Source: Sphaerodactylus townsendi (Eukaryota). From it: a stretch of 64,000 bases of DNA. Made by a program: the position numbers and the translations under genes. The stretch is from positions 33,418,001 to 33,482,000 of the forward strand of contig NC_059432.1 of NCBI RefSeq assembly GCF_021028975.2, read 5' to 3'. How positions within the stretch are numbered: the stretch's first letter is position 1; each line of letters begins with the position of its first letter. The notes below the pieces were generated by a model. That model worked only from the letters and a program-made list of their open reading frames with translations. It was not told the DNA's origin and did no database searches. Positions 39,301 through 51,200 of this stretch are shown one piece after another.

Positions 39301-42050
39301 GCCAGTTCTAAAATTTCTTCCCTGTACTTTCTTGGAATCACTAACTGTAAGGTTACTTTTCCCTCCTCAGAAAAAGCCCTGCCTCCATTTTGATGCGATA
39401 CAATAAGCCAAATTGCCATATAAATCTCGCCAGGATTTTCTTTTTAGATACTTCTCCAGAAGCAAACTCTGCCTTTTCACATAACTCTTTTAAAGTAGTA
39501 AGTACATGATCTTTGTTCAGTTTTTAAACTGCTCAGAATCCTTTCACACATACATTTTCTTTTATCCTCAAAATGGAAAGCTCTAAACCTCCTCAAGAAA
39601 TGGAATTAGGAGTGCTTCAATTTTGAATTTGGCCTTTCTTTCCCTGGAACTGTAATTCTTAGTTAACTCCAGCTTTTGCTGTCAACTCCACTTCCACCCC
39701 ACTTTTAATTCTTTGCCTCACCCATATTTGACTTTAATTTTTTTTCCAGCTTTAGGAATCCTAGTTGGAAACTTTTCATGTACATCTTCTAATTCCCCCC
39801 TTTGAGCCTTCTGTTTCTCTCTTTTCTCAGTGCTCGTTTTTAGCTCCTTTGGACCTAGTAACTACTGGGCGTTCATTTGTCTCAGATTGGTACAACATGA
39901 TCTGCTCCCTAATTATAAAAGGTTATCAGAAACATCATGTACAATGGCATATATATGTCCTTTTCAATTCTGGGAGCCTGGATATGAATCAGCACTAAAT
40001 CTCAGTACAATAGGGGGTCCTTCTATATGGGGTAACCCTGCAACCTTCCCAAACCAACTTAATGAATCATTTGTTTTTAACAACTTTCTGTTGATGGTGG
40101 TCTTATATCTGCCCCTGTGTCAACAGAACCTTCTGCACCCACAACTTCCCCCCAAGTAACACTTTCATAGCCCTGGAGGATCTCCAACCCACTGTCTCTG
40201 TTCCTCAGATATCACACTACTTACATCAAATCCTAGCTGTAACTCTCCTCCATTCTCACTCTTTGGCCTTGCCCAGTGGACTTAACAAGTTCCTCATCAC
40301 CAGCATATCTCTTAGTTGCCATGCAGAGTTTCTCCAGGACTCCAGCAGCAGGTGCCTCATCACCACGGTGGACTGCTCTCCTTCCTTCACTGGAACAAGC
40401 AGAACTACCTGGTGAATCATTAATCTCCTCCCAATCTTCACTTTGTACCAAAACCCGCATTATTTCCAAACATGTTGCACTCTTGTTTCCTCTCTTATTT
40501 CTCTTGCACATTGTGATTTGAAGTGACCCCTTTCTCCACATGCTTAAGATTATATTCCTTGGTGTATAGATCTCTAGCCGGCTTTACTGGGCCTTGGAAA
40601 GAAAGTCCCTTCTCTGAAGCAAACCTTTTCTTCCATCTCCCACCCTCAGAACCTCAATATTTCTCGGGTTGGTTTTAAAATAATTCTCTCTTTCCTCTGG
40701 ATACAAAACGTGCTGGTCATCTTTCCTTGCTTTTTATGATATGCCATTCAAGTTCATGTAAAGCAGCCGCTTTCACAGATAAATCTAAGTTCTCTTTAGC
40801 TTTAAACAAACAGCTGAGATTTCTTCGGGGAATGTGTGAAAAAATTGCTCTCTTGCTATCAAGTTGCAAAAGTCTTCTATGGACTGAACCTCTGCAGCCC
40901 AAGAAAATCAATAAGCTGAACTATAAGTTTCAATCGGAAAGCCATAAAAGCAAACATAGCTCTCCTTCCTCTTAGGGAAAGCTCTCCTCAGTTCTTTCTC
41001 TCTAAACCGGATCTTGGATTTTCCAAATCTGGCTAAGGCCTGCCTTTTAAAATACCCCTCATAGGTGGCTTCTTCCCCAAGTGTAAGTTCACCTAATAAC
41101 TGAGCTTAAATTTCCAGCAACGCAAGGCCATAACTTCCTCACTTTGCTCTCTCTCTGGGAACCCATTTTCTCTCAAGGCAGCTTCAAACAAAGCTAAAAA
41201 AAACTCTTCCACTGACTCACCCTGCTGATACCTGGGGACACTGTAATCCATTCTTCAAGCTGCAGCCCACTCCCTCTGTCTTATCCTGCATCCGCAAGTT
41301 CATGGAAGTTTCTTTGTGCGTGCATAAACGCTTGTAGCATCCTCTTCATCCATCCCTCAGTGCTGGTTGGTACTGAGGAATCGCCCGTATCTATACTATC
41401 CCCGTCTGGTTGCATTAACTCTTGGGTAGTCCTCTGGGGTGTGTACTACAGACCTTTCTTGGTCATTCTCATCCATAAGTCTCTCAACTCCTTGCCATTC
41501 AACAGCTGTCCCGTGGCTCCCAACTCTTGAGTTTCACCACTCTGCTGCCTGATCTCAGCTCATTGAGAAATTAAAAGTGTGCACATTCTAGCTCTTCCAG
41601 TGTGACCTGCACTTCATTCACCTTTTTAGATCGAGGTTTCACTACTGGTTTCGATCCATCTGCACATCTGCTAACTGGAAATCTGGCGGTTTGGCCACTA
41701 GAGCAAATTTACACTCTTTGCTTGCCAACAAAATGCTCACTGAGTGGTATTTTCTCAAAATCCCTCCGCTTTGCCACCATGTCAAGGAAGCACTTCACAG
41801 TCCCCTTCTGCGCTTGAATTGCTTTATTGATTCAATACACTCCAGTAGAAACTTCTTTCTTTTTTTTGTAGTTTATTACATATAACAGGCAAGCTTACAA
41901 GTTGCTCTAACGAATTAACAAAAGAAAACTTCAGGAAAAAAACGAACTGGGCTTCAGCTTCAGTTAAACCCTCACTCACTAACTGCCCTTCCTGTGTTCT
42001 GAGCCACATCCTCCAACTGACACTTTCAGAATGTTCCTGAACTCTTCACA
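36311..42050 (-). mobile_element. Full-length Gmr1-like Ty3/gypsy LTR retrotransposon
   Basis: TG..CA LTRs 36311-36572 and 41780-42050; perfect TSD catgc; minus-strand PBS tggtggcaaagcggagggat resembling tRNA-Leu; PPT gaaaagggg; order gag, integrase (LVIPRKYREEILELAHGVPLAGHLG, YNPQSNGLVER), RT (TLDCSKGYWQIPL...KTAF, YQDDI), RNase H (HPIVFLSRK, RWSLALQDY, DALSR). Confidence 0.93.
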
Positions 42051-42068
42051 CATGCTATTATGCTAGGG

Positions 42069-43367
42069 CAGGGGTCGGCAACCTTTAACACCCAAAGAGC
42101 CATTTGGAAACATTTTCCACGGAAAAGAAAACGCTTGGAGTCGCAAATACTTTTTGACATCTAAAATGAAGATAACACTGTATATAGTCACATGCAGGGA
42201 GAAGTTCCCTTCTTTGGGGCCCATTTTCACCCCTCAAAGCAAAAAAAAAGAAGGGGGGGGTAAAATTCTGTTGTTTTGTACCTGATTCAAATGACCAGCA
42301 ATAGAACCCCCGTTTCACTTTTCTTGTGTTGAAAGAAACTGATTACGCCCCCCCAAAAGAACCCCCTCAAATTCCACTTGGATGGTGGATCAAAATTGGT
42401 ACCTTTAATGGGGTTGTCAACTTCCGGGGGGGGCCCTGAACTTCTCCCCCCTCCCTGAGAAAAGTCTGCCATGGAGGGTAGACTTGAAAGACATATTCCT
42501 CACTGAGCATGGCCCCCGCCCTGGTCCCAAAAGCCACATAGCACTGGAGAATCTACCCAGGCAAATGGCGCAAGGATTTGCCGCCCGAGGGAGTCGGCAA
42601 CCCGCGACAACCATGGCAGAGGATGATCCCGGCCTTCCTCCCTTCCACAATCTACAAGCTTACCCTCCACTGGCTTACTCTGAAGTAAACCTTCCAAGAT
42701 CCACATGCAAGGCTTTCCCCATGCGCTCCTGCACTCCTTGGCAATGCAGGAGTATACAATTCCCACCCACCCCCACCTCCCCATCAAACAGCCCCGACGA
42801 GTGCAACCTTGCAGGGCTGCAGGTAATAACTCCTTTAAAACCTGATATCATAGTTCTCACCTGGACTCAGCCAGACTGCCATCCGCCAGGAAAGCCCCTG
42901 GAGCTCAGTGAGGCTGCTGAGGGGTCTGCAACCGAAGGTGGCGCTGCTGGTGTCCCCCATGTGGTCCTGCCCCCCAAGAAGGGGAGGGGAAAATGAGGCC
43001 ACCCAAAGCAGGGTCGACCCCTGACCCCCACATTCAAGGGGGGCAGACTGAGGTTAGAATTGTTCTGAAAATCTGCGCTCCTGCAACTCCCTCCCATTTC
43101 CCACCCTTCGCCACTCACCTGTTCAAGAGGATCCACCAGCGGTGCTCCACCCCCGCCCCATGCTGTCATCACCAGCATCAGCTAACCAGGCAGCTGGGAC
43201 AGGGAAGCCGGAAGTGGCTTAGGATAGCTGTCTCGGGCTGTGCCTCTCTAGGAACGGGGACTCTTTCCCATTAACTCTTGGGGCAACTCTTTGAAGGAGG
43301 CTGAGAGGACCCAAGCCATGTGGGGCCACAGTGCAAAGACGAAAGAGCCGCGAGTTGCAGACCCCTG
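42069..43367. mobile_element. Non-autonomous hAT element with a GC-rich interior
   Basis: TIR caggggtcggcaac / gttgcagacccctg; perfect 8-bp TSD tgctaggg. Confidence 0.9.
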
Positions 43368-43759
43368 TGCTAGGGCTTTCATTGTCTGCAAAATTGTCTC
43401 TATCTTAAACAGAGTTTAAGATTTGTAAGTTTTGTTGTGTTTTTATGGTTGCATGTTTTATGGTTTTATGGTTTTATGGTTGCATGTTTTAGGCTATCAG
43501 CACCAAAGTTGTATGGTATCTTCAGAAGACTCTTTGAACAATACCACCCAGGTTTCATGAGATTTTGTTCAGGGAGTGCAATTTTATGGACCCCCAAAAA
43601 GGGTGCCCCATTCCCCATTGTTTCCAATGGGAGCTAATAGGAGATGGGTCTGTGCTTGCTGACTGGCTTGCACATCTGTATGTGTGGCACTTCTTGTATG
43701 TGTTAGTTTTATGTATTTTGTATGTTATGCACTTTATTAACTTTCATGGAACTTTCACT

Positions 43760-44187
43760 GGCGTTTTCCGCATGGATCATATATTCTGGGATAAGAAGGT
43801 GAAATATCCCAGTTCGGCCATGACTACCACATGGCTTCTGGGCCTAATTTGGGCTTGCCCCACAAGATTGCCCTTATCCTGGGGTTTCTAATTGGAGGTT
43901 CTTTTTAAAAAATCCACGTCGCTCCCATGAAAACACAGCAGGAAATGGACTGGTTTATTTTTCCCACCTCACCACCTGCAGCCAATCAGAACGGGACTGT
44001 TTGTGCTTGCGTGGCAACGTTGGCGTGGAAAATGAAACTAAATTTGGGGGCCATGTATAATCACCTGGAGTTCTCCTTCCAGCCTGAACGCGCTGACAGG
44101 CAGCTATGCAGGTGGAGAAACTGAGATACAGATAGCCCTGTATGTATGATCTCAGTTTCCCCCTGGGATATTTGTCCGGAAAACGCC
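43760..44187. mobile_element. Harbinger-like MITE
   Basis: TIR ggcgttttccg / cggaaaacgcc; 3-bp TSD act. Confidence 0.8.
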
Positions 44188-44497
44188 ACTATTAAATAGA
44201 ACACATAGCTGTCTAATTTCATTCTGTGCTGGCCTATTGTACTGTAGCCTGCAGACTTGGTGTAGTAGGTTTCTCTTTTACCTATTCAATGTTTTCTGCT
44301 ACACCCTCCTCCTTTTGTGTGTTGCACTTTCTGAAGTACCATTTAAAATGATAATTGCCTTTATGTCAGTGTTTAATCCTTTGAGATAATGAAGAACCAT
44401 AATAATGAATTATTGTACTCTGCCCAACCCTTCATCTTGGCTTTTTGTGAGCTACTAGTATACTCATTCAACTCTTGTATTCTGTTTTATTTTATAG

Positions 44498-44563
44498 CCA
44501 ACTAAAACAGGAGAATTCAGATACTTTGACTATGGCTCAAGAAATATCGAAATATACAACCAG
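44498..44563 (+). CDS. Lipase B penultimate exon (PTKTGEFRYFDYGSRNIEIYNQ); upstream exons not found
   Basis: GEFRYFDYG..N...YNQ motif; ttatag / gtagga; 66 bp, phase 0/0. Confidence 0.8.
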
Positions 44564-44791
44564 GTAGGAATATGTTGGATTTTATTTTATGTGTATTTGG
44601 AACAGAATAAACAAACACTGGATTCCCTGTAAGTAGTTGTGTATGTTGAGTCTTTCTGGAGGGAAAATAGCCTAGATGTATTCTGAATTAAATTAATTCA
44701 CCACAATTACCTTGATTCACCAAATATTTGCTCTAGCTGAAATATCTGTGTTGAATTAAATTAATTGTGTTTGTTGTTTGCCTTTTGCCAG

Positions 44792-45025
44792 ATCTTTCCT
44801 CCTCTGTACAAGATAGAAGAGATAATGGTGCCAATAGCGGTGTGGAGCAGAGGACAGGACTGGGTTTGCCAGCAAGAGGAAATAAGGGAATTATTGGGCC
44901 GAATCACTAATCTCATTCATGACAAACATTTTCCTGACTGGACCCACTGGGACTTCATTTGGGGACTAGATGCTGCTCAGCGAATGTATGTGAAAGTTCT
45001 TGAATTGATGGAGAAACAGTTGTGA
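44792..45025 (+). CDS. Lipase B terminal exon (LIPM-like; probably a truncated gene or pseudogene)
   Basis: IFPPLYKIEEIMVPIAVWSRGQDW...FPDWTHWDFIWGLDAAQRMYVKVLELMEKQL*; catalytic D and H present; AATAAA at 45248. Confidence 0.85.
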   Translation: MFPPLYKIEEIMVPIAVWSRGQDWVCQQEEIRELLGRITNLIHDKHFPDWTHWDFIWGLDAAQRMYVKVLELMEKQL

Positions 45026-46054
45026 ATCCATTTGTACTGAGATGAAGGAATTGACTTTATTTAGGGTTACATCTGTTGGTTTCACAGTGTTAATCTTGTG
45101 TTCTTACTTCCTATTCTATTCAATGTGCATGTTTATAAGCTATGGATGAGCTTCCATTGGCCACAGCTTCTTCTCTCTCCATAACCTAACAGCAAAATAT
45201 TTTGTTTCATTTCTTAATTTGTTCTCACTTTTGGGTGCATGCATTTTAATAAATTTGTTGATGTAAAACTTTGTATCTCACTTTGTTTGTTTGTTTAATT
45301 TAGTTCATTAGTACCTAAATGTCTGTGGTCATTCTGCTCATTCAGGAATCCTGGCATTTCTGCTCGTTAATACCCTCCTTTCCAGGACACCTACAGTTAT
45401 GTAGATTTTAACTTGTAGTTTTTACTTGTAAGTAACAGTATATATGCACAACAGTACAATTAATTATACAAAACAAGCAATAAAGCAAAGCTAGTCGGAA
45501 TCTAGATAAGTGCCAACCTCATTAAGAAAACTTCAAGGCTGCTCTGAAAAGGAATAGACAGAAATAAAAAAATGTTAAACAATGCACAAACATGTGCTTG
45601 GGTAACAATTCCAAAACACGCGGAATACTTACAGATAGAATAGAGACAAGGACTCTCAATGTAATAATGATAGCAATCCACAAGAAACAAAATAGTTATT
45701 TTAATACAACCAGTCAACCAATAACATAACATTATTGTATCAGCAAAGAAAAAAGAAAGGAAAAATTAAGAGCACAATTACCAAAAGGACTGCGCTCTTG
45801 CCAGTGTTTTCAATATGACTCTCAGCTCTAACTGGATGAACACATCATTAACAACCAGCAACCCATGCTGGAAAATGATACTCTTCTCATGGTTTTGCAC
45901 CACGATGGGCCATCACAATGATCCTCTTCTTTGTTCAGACCCCATAAAAGCAATCAATTCTTTGTCTCTCGCTTACCTGCCATCTTATGTCAGTAAGCAA
46001 ATCTCCCATCCAAATACTAACCAGGTTCAACCCTGCTTAGTTTCTGAAAGTTTT

Positions 46055-46520
46055 CAAGTTATATTGGATCCAGCATTGCTGCTGGAGGAGCAAGTTGATG
46101 TAGCTGCAAAAAACCCTTTTTCATCCAACTCAATCTAACCCACAAAATGTCTTGCTACTTTAATATGGTTGATCTGAACATCTGGAACCATACCAAGGTA
46201 ACATCAAGATGATACTACTACAATGCATTATGTATAGATCTCCTCTCAAAGCCAACTCAGAGTCAACTGCTCCCGTTGGTGCAGAACGCTGCAGCTCATT
46301 TATTATTAGAAGCTGGACAGAATATATTTATTCCTCCTAGTCTGTAGTTACACTTTTTGACTTCCCATCTTCAGGATGAGTTTAATGTACTGGCTATCAC
46401 GTACAAAGCCCTTCATGGCCTTGGTTGCTCATATCTGCAAGGCTTCTGCTCTCCCTATGTTCCACCAGGACAGCTTCACTCAGTAAATGGCATTCTGCTG
46501 GTCCAACCCTGCAAATGAGA
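46055..46520 (+). mobile_element. L2-clade LINE fragment
   Basis: Degenerate VILDPALLLEEQV, TSR..YYNAL and LVQNAAAHLL motifs. Confidence 0.65.
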
Positions 46521-47039
46521 AAAATCAGCAATTGCCTCAGGAGTGCCAACAGTTCTATCCCAATATGCAACTCTGCTGGGCGAGTTGGATCATGCAGGTG
46601 GCTCCACAAGCTGAACCACTCTTTTCTCTAAATTGCCACCTGACATATACCCAGTAGAACTTGGGCTTAAGGTTTATGGGAATTGCTCCTTCCAAGCCAA
46701 GGACCTGGAGGGAGTGAGGTTGATCTCCCCCAATAAGACAGTGAGTAATGGAGGAGGTGTGTGTCCCAGGTCCAGACCCTGTAGGACCCTCCTCCTTATA
46801 CATAGGCCCACTATGCCCAGCAAGATTGACAACTTCGACTTGGAAAATTCTAGGAAATTTGAGAGTGGTTCTTGGAAAGGGTGAAGTTTGGAGTTGAGAC
46901 ACAGCAGGCATGCAATGCCATTTTCAGCAGGCGTACTGATGTCTGTAGTCTGTAAATAATTTTTAATTCTGGGAGAACCTCAGACTCCATCTTGAATGTA
47001 GTCAACTTGCATTGCTAATAAATTAATTTTATTTTTCAG

Positions 47040-47100
47040 GATCAAAGGCTGCTGTATTACTGATGCATTCCCTGGGTTTAGAGGGTGGTTTTGGTAACTC
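47040..47100 (+). pseudogene. Isolated 5' relic of a lipase exon 4 (SKAAVLLMHSLGLEGG)
   Basis: Intact ttttatttttcag acceptor, then gatcaaaggctgctgtattactgatgcattccctgggtttagagggt, collinear with 58123 gttctaaatctgctgtacttctgatgcattgtttggatatggagggc; similarity ends after about 60 bp. Confidence 0.8.
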
Positions 47101-47129
47101 AGCTCTTTCTTTGGTTACTTCCTGACTCA

Positions 47130-47280
47130 GGCCCCTTCCGCACATGCAGAATAATGCACATTCAGTCCATTTTCACCACTGTTTGCAAGTGGATTTTGCT
47201 ATTCTGCACAGTAAAATCCAGTTGAAAAGTGCATTGGAAGTGGATTGAGAGTGTATTATTCTGCATGTGCAGAAGGGGCC
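47130..47280. mobile_element. Short Harbinger-like MITE
   Basis: TIR ggccccttccgcacatgcagaataat / attattctgcatgtgcagaaggggcc; TSD tca. Confidence 0.85.
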
Positions 47281-48594
47281 TCAGCTTCTGAATTCTCTTT
47301 TTGTTTGTGAGTCCTCACAGAACAGGCCAACCTTCTGGTGTAACCTGACACCTCAAGCTGGCTGCCTAGACCAGCACAGATAGAGGTAGTCCCCTGTGTA
47401 AGCACCAGGTCATTACTGACCCATGGGGTGATGTCATATCCCAATGTTTACTAGGCTGACTTTTTTAATGGGGTGATTTTTAGCAATCAGGTGGAGTCAA
47501 GGCTGATCCTGCCTTATTGCAGTTACATAACTAAGCTTTACTGGGTTTGGGTTTAGTAACCTCTCCTCCAGCACCCTGCCCAAGCAACACACATCATAAA
47601 GCAACAGAAGGCTTAATAGATGAAATGTAAGAAATGGTATTAAAAACAAGATACATAGTTCAGTGGCAGTAAAGTGCACAAAAATAATGAAACTGACTAG
47701 CTATATTATTTATAGGAGTCCTAACTCATTGTTGTTGGTTCTTAAACCAAAGAGTTCCTGAGCATAATACAAATATCTTCTTTGCAGAAAGGAGGGGTGC
47801 AGAGCAAAGGGGGAAAGGAATAAGAATTCTTCTCTCTAACTATACTTGTAAAAAAATGCTGACCGTAACCTTCCAATCTCCTTAACCAATCACTGGGCAG
47901 CATCCACGGAATTTTCTAGGGTGAAAGTGAGTTTCTATACCCATACCAGATTCACAGCTGTGTGACTGATTTAATATGCCACCTGTGTGGGGGTGGGGTG
48001 GGTGGGGTGGGGGCGGTGGTGGCGGCGGCGGTGGCTATCACCTGCCGAGAATCAGAGAACAGTGAATTTAGCTGGAACTAACTGGAAAATTCCTTTTAGA
48101 TGGCTTTGTGGTTGAAAGGTGGGCCACAATATTCTGTAGTATATGAAGCCTCTCAGGCATTATCATAGGCATCTTCCTGTACAGACAAGCTTGCCTCCCA
48201 AATAAGTTTGTCAAGTCTTTAGCATTCAAAACCTGTGACTCATGGGCTTGGTGACTTCATGGGATGATACTTGGTGATCTCAATGAACAGTGATACAAAT
48301 GGTAAATTTATGCACCACTGGGTATTCTACTATATGGAATCTGTGCATTTGTGCCTTCACAATTATGTTGCTTTCAAGAGATGGACAAATCTCACTCCCA
48401 ACAACATGAAAATTGCCTAAGCATAAGACGTATTGTTGAGCTGTCAGTGCTAGATTATTGTCTTCAATTTACACTCTGTAACGACAACAATGAAGCCTTT
48501 ATTGACATACGTTACAAATACAAAGTTATAAATAGGGTATAACAACATAAGATATTCAAATAATTTAGACTATCAAAACTTGAATAGGCTAGAG

Positions 48595-48714
48595 CAGGGC
48601 TGACCAACTCTGGCGCTCCAGATGTTCATGGACTGAGATTCCCATCAGCCCCTGCCAGCATGGTACCATAAATGAGAACCAGCATGCATGGTGCACCAGA
48701 GTTGGACACCCCTG
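48595..48714. mobile_element. Short hAT MITE
   Basis: cagggctgaccaactctgg / ccagagttggacacccctg; perfect TSD ggctagag. Confidence 0.85.
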
Positions 48715-49578
48715 GGCTAGAGTGATGAAGCCTTTGATAGATACTGCCAGGCCCATAGGTAGCTTCTTGTTACAGCTGAGCCCTGTAGGTAGCTGTTGGG
48801 GGACCAACAGGTTTCTGTTTGCCTTTAATAAGCAAAACTTTTTTTTCTGAAGGCACATCAAAACTGGTTTGCTTTTATCAGCAGAGGAAAGTTATGTATG
48901 GTGTCTGCAATGAGACGGATGGAAGGAACTGAAGGCTTCTGTAGGTGAGTGTTACACTGACGGACTGTCTCTGGAATGCTTCTTTGAAATTCAGCCCTAT
49001 TTTTAAACAAGCTGAACATTTTAATTCTTGGAAAATTTCTTCCTTCCCTTTCTCTAGCTTTTTCTATTAAAATTGGCTTTCTCGTTTTCATACAAAGAAG
49101 GTCCCTCTGGCCTGCAGGTTTAAGGACATGTGAGGAGCAAGTACACCAGGATTCCCCCCCCCCCCCCGAATCCCCAGATTTCATTTTTGTTTAAAAAACC
49201 CTCAAGGCCCCTTTTTGTGGAGAGGTAATAGGAAGTGCGTAAGCAATTTTTGTTTACATGATTCTCTGTGATGAGGGGTGTGTGTGTGACATGGGGTTGT
49301 GGTGCTGTTGCCCACAGTCAGCTCACCACTCACTGAGTTTACTTCAATCAGACCTGTTCTAAAACCTTTTCTCCCTTTTCTTCCATGTTCATTTGATCTG
49401 CTTTAGTAAAAGCACCAGTGACAAGTGAGCACTGGGCATAAAACTTGCCTGACATTAATAGTATTTTTGAATTATCTCTACTCTTTGCTGTGGGGAATTA
49501 ACGCAGTCAAAGTAGACTGGAGGAAGGGAAGGAGAGAGATATGAATGTAAAGAATACCCTTGTGGTACAATTTTGATA

Positions 49579-49810
49579 CTGTGTTTCCCCGAATATAAGA
49601 CAGTGTCTTATATTAATTTTTGCTCCCAAAGATGCGCTATGTCTTATTTTCAGGGGATGTCTTATTTTTCTGTGTTCTGTTCGTCGGGCATGCTTCCAAA
49701 CAAAAACTTTGCTACGTCTTACTTTTGGGGGATGCCTTATATTTCACACTTCAGCAAAACCTCTACTATGTCTTATTTTCCGGGGATGTCTTATATTTGG
49801 GGAAACAGGG
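49579..49810. mobile_element. Tc1/mariner (pogo/Tigger-like) MITE
   Basis: TIR ctgtgtttccccgaatataagaca / tgtcttatatttggggaaacaggg; TA on both sides; internal tgtcttatttt..ggggatg repeats. Confidence 0.85.
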
Positions 49811-51101
49811 TAGTGGCTGGAATTGAGGATTATGCCGTGTTGATTAATTTCACTCCACTGCACCATTGCAAAAATTGTCCACAGTGCTTAGAAATCAAAA
49901 CCATTTTATTGTATAAAGTTTCTTAACATTATTGGGGTGGTTTTTTTAAATCAACAAATGGTTTTCCTCCACATTTTCCACTGAAAATCCATATGTTGGG
50001 GGTAGATAAGACACTCAGGAAGATCAAGTTGTAAAGTTTTCTTCTAGACTTAGTTCTTTTCAGTTACCGTGGTAGAGATGTATGTTTCTATCATAGAGAA
50101 AGAAAGGAACACTCTCCATAAATAAATACTACATCCAGAAAGTATTAAGCTGAATCATTCAACTATATACAGTGAGATTTAACATGAATCACAATGAATC
50201 AGGCAGGATTGTCAGCATACCTGGTGGGAATGTGTGAACTGTGTAATTCCTCCATGTCAACATAATAAAGTGAAATGGGCTTTGTGTGTGCATGATCGGA
50301 AGAATGTTCTCCCTTAAAAGAAAGGAGAAATTTGTATACATGTATGGCAGACTCAGAAACATCTTGCTGTAAATCTCTGCTAAGGATAAGGAGACACATT
50401 TATGTTAGTGGGATGGAACTGCTTTTCCTCATTCTGCAACCCAAAACACTCCTCTTAAATACTGCTCCTGGGAGACAAGGGAGTCCCAAGATCAGTCTCA
50501 GGGGTTAATTAGGGGTCTAAAGCAATGAATCAGTGAAAAAAAGCCCCCATTGTATTGGTGGAAATTTACAGCACTGTAATGCAAGCTGAAAAGTGGTACA
50601 CATGATGGGAACATACAATCATCTGTGATCCCATGCAACTATTAAAGGTAGGAACAGTTCCAGACCATGCTGACATCTATAATGCGTGCAAGATAATAGT
50701 GGCAGGGCAGGTCCAAAAAGGCATGCCTTGTGACTTCAACCCTGGGAGCCATATCAATTTCTAAGCTGCCTTTGAAAGTCCAACTTGTTTAAAAAACATG
50801 CAAGACTGATATTTAAGAAATGCAAGCTCATATTTCCAAAAGGTTATATGGAAGTAGTTGGATGGTTGCTTTGATCCCACATAATTGTATTATGCTCTGC
50901 AAGAAATTAGAAAACAGAAATATAAGGTTTGGTTTAGTTTGTCTTCACAACGTTAGCTGATGGCCAACTGACTCTTCTATTACTCTATTTATATGGACTA
51001 CTTTGATTTTCTACCCATTTCTACAAATTTGAAAAAAAAACCTAGTTTCTCTAACACACTCTGGTGTCTTAAGTATTCATTTGTTTTATAGGTTATGCAG
51101 G

Positions 51102-51200
51102 ATGTGGCTACTGCTGACCATGATCATTGTGCAAGGGCAGGTGAATCCAGAGGAATTCAAACACAAGACAGAACTGAATCCTGAACAGTTCATGAATATC
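51102..51200 (+). CDS. Acid lipase paralog C (LIPM-like), signal-peptide exon (MWLLLTMIIVQGQVNPEEFKHKTELNPEQFMNI)
   Basis: MWLL start and NPExFMNI end typical of the family; acceptor tttatag at 51091; donor gtaagt. Confidence 0.92.

Noticed and set aside
49590-49810. CRISPR-like repeat array
   Set aside because: Eukaryotic DNA; these are subterminal repeats of a TA-flanked MITE
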